Shown here: positions 40,790 to 53,039 of the stretch, in pieces
Layout: each line of letters starts with the position of its first letter
How positions within the stretch are numbered: the first letter of the stretch is position 1
NCBI GenBank assembly: GCA_025786725.1
Contig: JAHLTZ010000039.1
Span: forward strand, 117,186 to 181,185
Direction: 5' to 3'
DNA length: 64,000 bases
Origin: Syncephalis fuscata S228
Lineage: Eukaryota > Fungi > Zoopagomycota
Program-made: the position numbers and the translations under genes
Notes under the pieces: model-generated
Told to the model about the DNA's origin: nothing
Database searches by the model: none
What the model saw: only the letters and a program-made list of their open reading frames with translations

Positions 40790-43700
40790 TGAACTGAGTG
40801 ATGAGTGACATCAATCATCAAATACTCATCATAGATCCGTTATCCAGTATGCATATATCCACCGTTTACCTATATCATTCCCATTCTGTCCCACACTACT
40901 ATGTATCATTCTACAATACACTAGACACATTTTATTGTTTATACGCGGCAATATACTTTGCTCATTCCACTCATTACACTATGCGCACTATAACACAATT
41001 ATCCATTTCATTCTCATGGTATTTCTATCATAACTTAATCTATTTAAATGCACACCACTCGTAACATACAAAGCAATAAAGTAATTGCAGATATTAACAT
41101 AGCAATATACCACTATCTGAATCCATTGCTGTAGCTACACATGCTGTTATTGGTCGCTATATATAGACTATGCAATCTCAGTTTCACCAACTGCTTAACA
41201 CGAATGTCGCCTATGCTGCCCACTTTCTTCACCACTCTTCTCCTATTCCACTACTACCACTATGTATTTTTGCTACAAGAATACGTGAATTGCTTTTGCA
41301 ACTTACAATTGCAGCGAGCTATGCTGTAGTGCACGCTAAAACGTCTGCTTGTGGCACACACGAATACACATATTATTATTAGGCTAGCTGGACGAGTTGT
41401 GTACTAGATACGCACTTTAGAGCTATCGATATTACATTGTGTTGTGTTGTGCAATGCTTGTTTGTCTGCTCATTTGTTACAAGCTGTGACAGAAGGACGG
41501 CACACTTGTTGACGGACGCCACTAAAGCAACTGTTGTAATAGTAGTGCCCAGTACAAATATTCAAAGGGCTATCCAGTTGGTATAACACCACTAAACTAG
41601 CTGCTGCAATAGTGCAACTGTTTAGCAGTGGGTGCTGTGGTGGTCTAAATAGGACTCAGTGAAAAGTTCTGCCAAGTGGAGGGTCGCTTGAATGGTGTAG
41701 TTGGCCGCTACTTTTACGGTGTTATTTTAGTGGTGCACTGGTGTGTGGGACTAGTATAATGGATATACAGCCATTGTTGCTATGTCACAGAATATGGACG
41801 ATGAAGGCACTTGCCCCGATGTAGTGTGTAGCATACTGTTTGTTGGCAGTTCACTGCTAGCTTGCAGCTTGCGTATGGGTTGCTTTGAAGGATTATCTCT
41901 TACATGTTGCCAATATCATAATATTATTGGCACTATCAAGATAGCTTCTTCAGCTCAACTATGGACCTATCCATACAAGAATTGGCGTGGGCTACGTAAT
42001 AGTTGCAGCTATGCGATTGTGTGGTATTATAGCATAATATCACACTGTCTGCAAACAGGATGGGTGGAGCGCAGCTTGGATGTTCTATATAGTGCAGCGA
42101 TTGTTTTGTATCTGCATTTGAGTCACATCGTGAATTCAGTGTGTCGGCTGTTTTTATTGCATTCGAGCATCATCTGGAAATTCAGTGCAATACGAAACAA
42201 CTCTTTGCGCTATTTTAACGGTTGCTACATATTGTACACTGCTTTATTACGGTATTATGTGTGCATGTATGGTTAAGTGCATTAATATAACACTGTTGTA
42301 AAGCGGTGATGTAGCGATGACGGCAAAGTGGGAGCTTCATATATTTGGTGTTGTCTTTATTTAGGTGTAGGGATATATCTATTGAGGGTGCTACGTCATT
42401 AAAGGTGCTACTCAAATATGTGGAGTAATTGCTTTGTGCTGGGCTGAATGCTTCCATACTGTCGTTTGTTACATGCTGCATCGGGGCTTTTAACAATTAT
42501 AAATATTAGATTATAAGATAACCATTTAGATTATATAATTTAGAACATTAACTTAATATACATATGTTGTAATTATACGACAGGTACATAGCAATTTATA
42601 ACTATTAATTATAATATTAACGGGAAATTATTAGATTAAGATCATGGATACAACTGCACATAGTTTCAAGGACACCTGGTGCCGTACAAGAGGATCGTCC
42701 AAGTAGCAAATGCCAGTTTTATGGAGTGCCGTCGTTTGGATTTTTAGTCATTCAAGCCGTTACTATTTTTATTTAATATACCACATTTACTTATTATTTA
42801 ATTACTAGAGTGGCTCGGTGTTGTATATTATTGTCAAATTGCTGCCGCCTATTACAAGAGTGCAATAAAATAATACATTCAATTCTTATAGCCTATACTT
42901 GATCAGCATAATTAGAGTAGCTGTATATTAATAAATATTCTATTTTTCATTCATATTGCATTTGATTGTATTGTTTGAGTATGCATCAATATTACACATT
43001 AGTAATAAATAGGCTCATTAATTTACATGATATGAAATGCTTATTGATTATGTATGTATAACAAACTGGTTGGTTTAAATCAACATCGACTGTTGTAATA
43101 AGCATTGCACAGTTAATGTATTTAAAACACTGTACTAGCAAATTTAAAATAGATTATTTACTGCGCAGTGCGCTGTAATTATGCTGTATAATCATAGCTG
43201 CAATTGGTATTTTGTGCACTTTGAATCAATGTTCCATTGATGGTGTTGTTCGTGCGTCATTGGTTCAGCTGCCACCTTGCATGCCAGTGCTGGCATATAG
43301 CTAGCTAAATAAAAGTGACGCGCTGCCACCTTTGTTATCTATCTTTATTTGAGCTTTATTTTTGTCGGAACACGTACTTTGCTTGCCAAGTTTATTGTAA
43401 ACATGTCGTCTTCAAACAACTCCACCTCATATGGCAATGCTGAGCCATCTTATCATGCCGCGTCGTTGGCATCTAACGACACTCCGCTTAAGTCGCTATC
43501 ACATTCTAGCCACGTACCAGATGCTGTTAATACATCAGTTGCTGGCCCATCCGCCTCCCCCGTCCCTCCTGCCTCTACTATATCTACTGCTTCTACTGCA
43601 GCCAATGCACCACTTAAACCATCTGATGACGACAGTATAAACACCTGCTTCCTCAAAAAGACGCCCATGCTATGGGACAGCCTGCCTCATGCTGAGATGC

Positions 43701-46380
43701 GTGATGTAGCTGGATGGATAGAAGTGTTCGACTTGGAACGCACAGGTAAGTAAAAGTTTATAAATAACTGTGGTGTAATTGGCTGATCAATATTATAGAG
43801 ATATTGATAAAAGCTGGGCAAACTTTTATCTTTGGAGTGGCGTCGAGTGGTAAGTATTGAATTAACTACTATTTGGGGTAAAATGACTTTTACTAACAAC
43901 TATGTAACGATGACTTTATTAATATAGTGATTATGTTATTCCGGGGGCAGAGGTACCTGAACAATGGTTCCGTATATTTATGGTAATTGCCATATCAACG
44001 TTTAATAACTTGTACTAATTATTACGGGTTGATATAGGAAGGGAACTTGATTATGTTCCAAGTAAGTATATTATTTTTATTTCCATTTATAACTAAATTT
44101 TATTTAGAACATTAGTGACGATCCATTAACTGGTAATTATAAAAATATCACTTAATTATACACTAACATGCTGTACAGTTAATGGCAAATGGTGAAAACA
44201 CCAAAAAATTATTTTTTTGAATGGCGGTTTTATCAGTATTCCTGGCCTGTGAAAGTAGGTTATAAAATAGTTATAATTATTATAATTAATAATCAATTAT
44301 TAGTAACCTTTCGCGTGTATAATCTGGAACTCACAGACCACATTGTACCCGACAACAGCCCAGATTATAAAATGGTAGGTTTAATTAACATATGATATTA
44401 AAATAATTTAACACAATAACGTATAGGCTGTTGGAAAAAAATATACCATCAGCAAGGCCATACTTGGGTCGTGAGTGTAGCAATAATTATTATTGCAATA
44501 TATTAACTGTTAATATTTACTAGTGGAACCTTTGGCAAAGTATATGTAGCAGAGATTAATGCCACAGGCGAACGCGTCGCCATAAAAAAGTCCAGCAATG
44601 GACTGGAAAAAACTCAAGAGGAGGCAGATTTAGCTGTTATAACATTCGTATCTGAAATTCAGATACTTCACGAGCTCGATAATCCGTTTATGGTCAAAAT
44701 GTTGGATTTTATGGCTACAGCAAAGTTCAACTACGTTGTGCTCGAGATGGCAGAGGGTGGTGATTTAAAAAACTATCTAAAGCTGCACCACCCCCTGCCA
44801 GAGCCTGCAGCACAGTATATTGTGCACCAACTAATGCGTGGATTGAAGGTGAGTAATAATTATACCAGTTGATATTATACTAACACAGATCAATTAGTAC
44901 CTGCATAAAAATAACATTATTCATCGGGGTAAGTGTAATGGTTATTTATTAGCAACATTTGGTAATTGTATGTGATTTCACCATCAAACATTAGACATTA
45001 AAGTAAGTAACAATTGGCAATGCAATATAATCAACTAATGTTGCTGTAGCCCAAAAACATCCTTTTGCGCGGACATCACAAGTACCCGCATGTGATGTAT
45101 TCCGACTTTGGGCTGGCGTGCCAGCTGGAAGATGCCAATGCACTTGCAGACGATTACCGTGGTACGCCAATTTTTATGGCGCCTGAGGTCTTTTTGGGAA
45201 GCAAGGGAGGGCGTGCTATTATCGAACAAGCAGCTGCGAAATCTAAGTCGTCCAACACATTTGATGTCTCTGACCATGCTGTTGATGGATATGGCAAAGA
45301 GGTTGATGCATGGAGTCTGGGCGTAACAATATATTCTTTATTCTCAAGTAAGTTCTAACAGACTAGATTATTATGTTTTTATTAACACATGTAATAGAAA
45401 AGCATCCGTTTGAGGGATTTACGGATATTCACTTTCTTGTACGCAAGATGATAAATGATGAGCCTCAGTTCAGCGGCGAAGTGTGGAAGACTGTTACAGA
45501 TCAAGGTAAGTAATATGGTTTAGATTTATACAATTTATTAATACAATTGCAGCTATAGGATTTATAGCTGCTTTGTTGAATCCAAGCCCATCGGCCAGAT
45601 ACACGGCTGGAATGGCGCTAAAGAATTCATGGCTTAGCGAGCCATTCAAAACGCTGGTTGAGCGATATCGCGACCCTCAGCTATTGGAAGAACTCAAGGA
45701 CCTGGAAGAAGACGAAGAAACCGAGCAAACTGAGCTGACCAAACTAAAGGACAGCGCTCAACCAATCCAAGACACGGACAAGGAAGAGCCAGAAGTGGCC
45801 CAAAAACAAGCAACTGGCACAGAAGATGAGCTAGTTCAACAAGAAGATGAGCAGGATGAAGAAGCGAAAGAGGAAGAAGCAGCGGAAGAGCTGGTACAGA
45901 ATGTACAAGAAGAAGCATTGGTTAGCAAAAAAGACTTGGCTGCTGAAGATAAGCAAGCAGCTAAGCAAGAAGAACCGGCCAAAGAAGAGCAGGAGCAACA
46001 AAGTCAGTTAAACCTGCTTTTTCCAAGGTCAAAAAGCGCCAGCTTTCTCATGCTTCAGAGAATGAAGCTGAAGAAGGCAAGCGCAACAAACTTGGTAAGT
46101 ACATACTAATAATACATTATAATAACTAACATCAATATTAGACGATGATTTTTAAACATGTACTTAGTTTTGTGCATTAAATAAATTGTTTTTATTAATT
46201 ATTTAATGTGATTCAGTGTCAAATGACTAAATTTAATAACATTCGCGCAATTGCACTGCACATTCACTCTATTGAACATGGGGACAAGTGGTGAGTTTTA
46301 TTTAATCGTCACATCATCACACTTATTGCTTTTTGGGGACAAATGACTAATATTTAATAACATCCAATCTATTGAACATG
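40790..46380 (+). repeat. Tandem ~5.59-kb unit, copy A (element + spacer + kinase gene)
   Basis: 40798-43350 is repeated almost identically at 46388-48954 (offset ~5590), and 43348-44464 continues at 60245-61364. Confidence 0.95.
43403..46155 (+). CDS. FHA-like + Ser/Thr kinase (Mek1/Chk2-like), copy 2
   Basis: Exons splice to ILGSGTFGKV, VAIK, SEIQIL, HRDIKPKNILL, DFG, GTPIFMAPE, DAWSLG, an E-rich tail and KKR...KRNKLDDDF. As assembled it has 1-nt indels in the FHA exons relative to copy 3 and one near 46000 (errors or incipient pseudogene). Confidence 0.8.
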
Positions 46381-46455
46381 ATGATGGGTGGTGAGTGACA
46401 TCAGTCATCAAATACTCGTCATCATAGATTCGTTATCCAGTATGCATATATCCAC
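46201..46455 (+). repeat. Kinase-cassette-associated conserved element at the tandem junction (two internal sub-repeats)
   Basis: CAAATGACTAA..TTTAATAACAT...CTATTGAACATG...GTGGTGAGT occurs twice (46220-46296 and 46340-46396), followed by the hairpin core. Confidence 0.9.
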
Positions 46456-48954
46456 CGTTTACCTATATCATTCCCATTCTGTCCCACACTACTATGTATC
46501 ATTCTACAATACACTAGACACATTTTATTGTTTATACGCGGCAATATACTTTGCTCATTCCACTCATTACACTATGCGCACTATAACACAATTATCCATT
46601 TCATTCTCATGGTATTTCTATCATAACTTAATCTATTTAAATGCACACCACTCGTAACATACAAAGCAATAAAGTAATTGCAGATATTAACATAGCAATA
46701 TACCACTATCTGAATCCATTGCTGTAGCTACACATGCTGTTATTGGTCGCTATATATAGACTATGCAATCTCAGTTTCACCAACTGCTTAACACGAATGT
46801 CGCCTATGCTGCCCACTTTCTTCACCACTCTTCTCCTATTCCACTACTACCACTATGTATTTTTGCTACAAGAATACGTGAATTGCTTTTGCAACTTACA
46901 ATTGCAGCGAGCTATGCTGTAGTGCACGCTAAAACGTCTGCTTGTGGCACACACGAATACACATATTATTATTAGGCTAGCTGGACGAGTTGTGTACTAG
47001 ATACGCACTTTAGAGCTATCGATATTACATTGTGTTGTGTTGTGCAATGCTTGTTTGTCTGCTCATTTGTTACAAGCTGTGACAGAAGGACGGCACACTT
47101 GTTGACGGACGCCACTAAAGCAACTGTTGTAATAGTAGTGCCCAGTACAAATATTTAAAGGGCTATCCAGTTGGTATAACACCACTAAACTAGCTGCTGC
47201 AATAGTGCAACTGTTTGGCAGTGGGTGCTGTGGTGGTCTAAATAGGACTCAGTGAGAAGTCCTGCCAAGTGGAGGGTCGCTTGAATGGTGTAGTTGGCCG
47301 CTACTTTTACGGTGTTATTTTAGTGGTGCACTGGTGTGTGGGACTAGTATAATGGATATACAGCCATTGTTGCTATGTCACAGAATATGGACGATGAAGG
47401 CACTTGCCCCGATGTAGTGTGTAGCATACTGTTTGTTGGCAGTTCACTGCTAGCTTGCAGCTTGCGTATGGGTTGCTTTGAAGGATTATCTCTTACATGT
47501 TGCCAATATCATAATATTATTGGCACTATCAAGATAGCTTCTTCAGCTCAACTATGGACCTATCCATACAAGAATTGGCGTGGGCTACGTAATAGTTGCA
47601 GCTGTGCGATTGTGTGGTATTATAGCATAATATCACACTGTCTGCAAACAGGATGGGTGGAGCGCAGCTTAGATGTTCTATATAGTGCAGCGATTGTTTT
47701 GTATCTGCATTTGAGTCACATCGTGAATTCAGTGTGTCGGCTGTTTTTATTGCATTCGAGCATCATCTGGAAATTCAGTGCAATACGAAACAACTCTTTG
47801 CGCTATTTTAACGGTTGCTACATATTGTACACTGCTTTATTACGGTATTATGTGTGCATGTATGGTTAAGTGCATTAATATAACACTGTTGTAAAGCGGT
47901 GATGTAGCGATGACGACAAAGTGGGAGCTTCATATATTTGGTGTTGTCTTTATTTAGACGTAGGTATATGTGATGAGGGCGCTACGTCATTAAAGGTGCT
48001 ACTCAAATATGTGGAGTAATTGCTTTGTGCTGGGCTGAATGCTTCTATACTGTCGTTTGTTACATGCTGCATCGGGGCTTTTAACAATTATAAATATTAT
48101 ATTATAAGATAACCATTTAGATTATATAATTTAGAGCATTAATTTAATATACATATGTTGTAATTATACGACAGGTACATAGCAATTTATAATTATTAAT
48201 TATAATATTAACGGGAAATTATTAGATTAAGATCATGGATACAACTGCACATAGTTTCAAGGACACCTGGTGCCGTACAAGAGGATCGTCCAAGTAGCAA
48301 ATGCCAGCTTTATGGAGTGCCGTCGTTTGGATTTTTAGTCATTCAAGCCGTTACTATTTTTATTTAATATACCACATTTACTTATTATTTAATTACCAGA
48401 GTGGCTCGGTGTTGTATATTATTGTCAAATTGCTGCCGCCTATTACAAGAGTGCAATAAAATAATACATTCAATTCTTATAGCCTATACTTGATCAGCAT
48501 AATTAGAGTAGCTGTATATTAATAAATATTCTATTTTTTATTCATATTGCATTTGATTGTATTGTTGGAGTATGCATCAATATTACACATTAGTAATAAA
48601 TAGGCTCATTAATTTACATGATATGAAATGCTTATTGGAAATGAATATTGTTATGTATGTATAACAAACTGGTTGGTTTAAATCAACATCGACTGTTGTA
48701 ATAAGCATTGCACAGTTAATGTATTTAAAACACTGTACTAGCAAATTTAAAATAGATTATTTACTGCGCAGTGCGCTGTAATTATGCTGTATAATCATAG
48801 CTGCAATTGGTATTTTGTGCACTTTGAATCAATGTTCCATTGATGGTGTTGTTCGTGCGTCATTGGTTCAGCTGCCACCTTGCATGCCGGTGCTGGCATA
48901 TAGCTAGCTAAATAAAAGTGACGCGCTGCCACCTTTGTTATCTATCTTTATTTG

Positions 48955-49298
48955 TGTGGTAAAGGAAATGTGCTGGTGCCAATTTTACTAATTTTAGCTG
49001 ATGAACACATAGCTCGGCTTTGCCACTCTAAGCATGGCGCGCTTTTAATATAAATAAGATGAATAGTGCGCGTATAATTAAAAAAAAAAAAAAACAAGGA
49101 GCAGTTCACGTTTGAGTTATATTTAGTCGTTTATCTTAAAGCAAGTCCGAGTACTTGTGGAGTTTATTCGTGTGGTCATATACATCTCAGAGTTGAGGTG
49201 TCGTGTCAATTACTATCGTAGTTATCATTTTAAGCGTACACTTAAATCCTTTTCAGGATGAGCCTTCCAACAAATCGTGGAAACGAACAACTACCACA
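48955..49298 (+). repeat. Element A 5' LTR
   Basis: Matches 59901-60244 except for one A/G change seen in the A-tract. Confidence 0.97.
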
Positions 49299-51225
49299 AC
49301 TGGAGCCCAATGCGGGGGGCTCTAGAGTGCACGCCTACCCCGTGAAGCCGCCCAAGCGTTATAATGGAGGATGTATCGAGGAATTTCTATCACAATATGA
49401 TAAATACGCGAGATATATGGAGTGGACAGATGAAGAAACCATCCGGTGTCTACTCAACTACACCAGAGGAGATGTTGCGCACATCGTAACGTCAAGTCCA
49501 GAAGGAATGAGTGGAGATTGGCAAGCGTTGAAGAAAGAACTGTTGATGGCGTATGGTAGGAAGCCCACTAAGAAGTCACCGGAAGAGCGAGTATCCGCGC
49601 TGCTTAAAAGCGGTTTCAATTATGCGCAGCCCGTATCATTCCTAAATCAATATAATCTATTGTGCAAATGTGTAATTGACATGCCAGAGCGTGAAAAAAT
49701 CCGAAGATTGTGCAAGATTATCGATAAGACTCATCTAAGAATGTGTTTTACCAAGATGCCGCGAGACAACTATACATATCAACAACTATGCGACGCGCTG
49801 GTGAACGTATGTGAAGACGACAAGGCGTTGCACATCGCCCTTGGTATAACAGATTCGGATAGAGACAGCGACATTGATAAGGATGAGAACGAATCAGATG
49901 AAGAAGCCGTCATCATCAAGAAGGAGAAGAAAGTCAAAGAGAGGATTAACAAGAAAGCAGATGAATCTGGAAAGAAGAATCAAGATCATATCACCATAGA
50001 ACGAAAGGTAGACGATTTATCAGAACAGTTCCGACAACTGGTGTTGTTAGTTGAAAAACAGCAAGACAACAGAGGACGAATGGACGGGCGAGACAGAAGG
50101 AATTTGCTGTGCTTGTATTGCGATTCGCCAGATCATGTTAAAAGTCAATGCGGACTATTGACTGATGATTTACGAAACAAATTGGTTACATTGGACGCTG
50201 GTAAAGTCACATACCCTAATGGTTCGCTTGTTCCGTTGAATACTGGTCGAGGCGGTATGCGCAAATTACTGGTCGATACGGCTAACGTACGGATGATCAC
50301 TGCCGAGCAACCGATCAAGTACGACCTTACTTGGGAAAGCGATGTTCAGTTAACGACTATAGAGCCAGAAATCGTAGTAGAGGATGTAGAACATATAGCC
50401 GAAGTCAATATGAAACGGGCACGTGTAGGCACTCGTCAAGCGTCGGAAGCGGTGCCAGTAGAAACCCGTGAAGCTGGTAGTATGACGGAAAGGCAGGCGC
50501 GGCCACCAGCCACGCATCAATACCGATCTGTCATCGAGGAAGGAGCCGATGTGGATGGCACTGTCGATAAGCTGCTACGTAGCGCGCAGGTGACGATGCC
50601 GCTACAAGATTACCTGTCAACATCGTCTGTTGCCAGAAAGAAGATGGCTGAGTTGGTCAGTCGTAAGAAGGTGCCTATCGATACAATGGTACAACAAGCC
50701 GTGGTGTATGTAGACGGATTGTCAACGATAGACGGCACTATAGTAGCTAGGCCAACAGCTAAAGTGACGGGACGAGTGGCAGGAGAGCCGGTAGAAATCC
50801 AAATCGATCCTGGTGCTGAAATAAGTGTAATATCTGGCAAGTTATATGACCAGATTGGTAGTCTACCATTGGATGCGGCGCGAGCATGGTCGATGGGTAA
50901 TGCTTCTGGTACAGCGTCTAAGTCTAGAGGCATGTGTATCAACGTACCAGTGACCATTGGAGGAGTAACGATAAACGCACATCTAATAGTTGTAGATGGA
51001 GCACCGTTCGACGCGTTGGTTGGAATGCCTTGGTTAGAAGAAGCGTTATGGGAGGTCAAACGAGAAGACGGAAGAGCGTGGGTACACATAACTGATGGCC
51101 GAAGCGCGGCTAAGTTCCCTGCGGCTCCTACAATGGTATCAGCCAGTGGTAGAGGCCAGCAAGACCAACGTAAGAATGTGAATAGTGTTACGGTGCTGCG
51201 AGAAAAGAGAGTGAGGACGAAATAG
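49258..51225 (+). CDS. gag: Element A Gag-protease ORF
   Basis: Capsid-like N-terminus, zinc knuckle CLYCDSPDHVKSQC, aspartic protease IQIDPGAEISVI...ALVGMPWL; the ATG lies inside the LTR. Confidence 0.9.
   Translation: MSLPTNRGNEQLPQLEPNAGGSRVHAYPVKPPKRYNGGCIEEFLSQYDKYARYMEWTDEETIRCLLNYTRGDVAHIVTSSPEGMSGDWQALKKELLMAYGRKPTKKSPEERVSALLKSGFNYAQPVSFLNQYNLLCKCVIDMPEREKIRRLCKIIDKTHLRMCFTKMPRDNYTYQQLCDALVNVCEDDKALHIALGITDSDRDSDIDKDENESDEEAVIIKKEKKVKERINKKADESGKKNQDHITIERKVDDLSEQFRQLVLLVEKQQDNRGRMDGRDRRNLLCLYCDSPDHVKSQCGLLTDDLRNKLVTLDAGKVTYPNGSLVPLNTGRGGMRKLLVDTANVRMITAEQPIKYDLTWESDVQLTTIEPEIVVEDVEHIAEVNMKRARVGTRQASEAVPVETREAGSMTERQARPPATHQYRSVIEEGADVDGTVDKLLRSAQVTMPLQDYLSTSSVARKKMAELVSRKKVPIDTMVQQAVVYVDGLSTIDGTIVARPTAKVTGRVAGEPVEIQIDPGAEISVISGKLYDQIGSLPLDAARAWSMGNASGTASKSRGMCINVPVTIGGVTINAHLIVVDGAPFDALVGMPWLEEALWEVKREDGRAWVHITDGRSAAKFPAAPTMVSASGRGQQDQRKNVNSVTVLREKRVRTK
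49301..49318 (+). promoter_or_regulatory. Element A primer-binding site (probably tRNA-Lys)
   Basis: TGGAGCCCAATGCGGGG lies 2 nt after the LTR; its complement ...CCCCGCATTGGGCTCCA resembles fungal tRNA-Lys(CTT) 3' ends. Confidence 0.75.
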
Positions 51226-52644
51226 TGATAGGTACGATTACCATGCGTGAATCAGTAACAACAGGTAATACTGCGTCCGTGTATGCCGCTAAATACAAGC
51301 CGGTCGGAAAGAAGAAATTACCAATTGCCGTGGCAGTACCAAACGGAGAAGAAGCTGAAGACGAAGAACGAATTGAGAGCAGCGAGTCAAGATTGACTGA
51401 TGAGCGTATAGCAGACATGGTTATTGGAAACGGTCAGTTAACAGAAGAAGAGACCGCGTACTTCATTGAGCAATTACGCTCTATAGACGAAGTTTTTGCA
51501 TTCAACGACGGAGAGATGGGTAAGCTTAAGGCGGAAATAGAACCACCTGTAAGAATACCAACTGTACCGCATGTGCCATGGACGCAAGCTTCGATACCGG
51601 TACCAAGAGCAACATTCAGTAGAGTAGTAGAGTTATTGCGGGAAAAGATGAATAGCGGAATTATTGAGCCAAGTACTGGTGCTTATAGTAATCGATGGTT
51701 TGTGATTGCTAAGAAAGATGGATCTAAGTTGCGATTCATACAAGACCTACAACAAGCCAATTCTGTTAGTATCAAGAATGCCAATGCACCGCCGCTGTCA
51801 GAAGAACTTACTGAAGACGTGTCAGGTAGATCTATTATATCTACGTTTGATCTATATTCCGGTTACGATCAAATCCCTGTCGACAATCGTGATCGTGATA
51901 TATTCTCATTGATGACGCCGATTGGACTGGTGAGGATGACACGGTTACCTATGGGTTGGTGTAATAGTGTCGGAGTGTTTCAGCGGATCGTAAATAAGAT
52001 ACTGAGTGAGTATATGCCGCATACAGTAGGCATATTCGTGGACGACGGGATAGTTAAAGGATCGGTGGAGAAGAATGAAAGTATTGTATTGCCAGGAGTG
52101 AGAGCGTTTGTGTTTGATCATGTAGCTGACGTAGTAAAAGTGTTAAAGGCTTTGAGTAAGGCGGGAATAACAGTCAGTGGAAAGAAATGCAGATTTGGTA
52201 TGGATGAGGTGGAAGTGTTAGGTTACCAGTGTACCCAACTAGGAAGAACTGTAACTCCGGATAAGACGGTTAAGATTACGCAATGGCCAACACCAGTCGA
52301 TAAGAAGCAAGTACGAGCATTTGTGGCCTGTTGTGCATTCTACCGAGTGCTTATTCCTCACTTCTCTACGATCGCCGAGCCATTGTATTATCTACAGAAG
52401 AAGAAAGTAGTATTTCACTGGAAAGGTGAACAACAACGAGCATTCGATGCGCTAAAACGAAGTATTAGTGAAAGACCAGTCATACGACCGCCGGTGTATG
52501 GTGACGACAATCGACCACTTATCTTAACAGTAGATGCTAGTCCTGTTGGTGCTGGCGCTGTGTTGGGACAATGCGATGAAGAAGGAGTGAAGTATGCTGT
52601 GCGGTATGACAGTTGTTTATTTAACGGTGCGCAGAGACGATACG
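51225..52644 (+). CDS. pol: Element A pol, 5' part (RT and start of RNase H)
   Basis: DLYSGYDQI, RLPMGWCNS, FVDD and LTVDAS motifs; interrupted at RRY by element B. Confidence 0.93.
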
Positions 52645-52982
52645 TGTAACAAAAATTCTCCCTCTCATTTATTATTACCATTTTTAGACATTATGATCGG
52701 TGTTTAAACACACCGATCATCACACATGGTCCACGATGAAGTTAACACTCCGCCACCGCGTATTGTTTTATCTTTATCTTTTATTTTCTTTTATTTTTAT
52801 TTTATTTTCTTTTATTGTTCTACTTAGATATTCCATATATCCAATAGAACAATATAAATACGCGTATGATTATGACCACAAATAAAGACATTAGTTCACT
52901 TTCAATATTCATTTTTATTTTATATACATTATTGTATTGTGACTCGTAGTAACCGCAACAGTTCGCTGTATCTACGGTTACA
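52645..52982 (+). repeat. Element B 5' LTR
   Basis: Appears identical to 57871-58208 and, as reverse complement, to 61365-61702. Confidence 0.97.
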
Positions 52983-52984
52983 TA

Positions 52985-53002
52985 TGGTAGCAACGGGTAG
53001 TT
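52985..53002 (+). promoter_or_regulatory. Element B primer-binding site (probably initiator tRNA-Met)
   Basis: TGGTAGCAACGGGTAGTT lies 2 nt after the LTR; its complement ends GCTACCA, as in fungal initiator tRNA-Met. Confidence 0.7.
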
Positions 53003-53039
53003 TAAACCTATCCACCTCGTTGCCTTGACTTACAGTGAT

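Noticed and set aside
41782-42276. 164-aa ORF repeated at 47375-47869, and small ORFs 40798-41382
   Set aside because: No recognisable motif; conservation is explained by the near-identical recent duplication.
40790-46455. Kinase cassette as a Helitron or LTR element
   Set aside because: No clear 5'-TC or GC-rich hairpin-CTRR terminus, and no TG...CA LTR, PBS or PPT was identified; mechanism left open.
46378-46460. RTGATGA (box C-like) in the conserved element, suggesting a C/D snoRNA
   Set aside because: No box D (CTGA) at a suitable distance in this copy and no terminal stem.
52700-52885. 61-aa hydrophobic ORF in each B LTR
   Set aside because: Arises from the T-rich LTR tract with a non-ATG start; no coding evidence.
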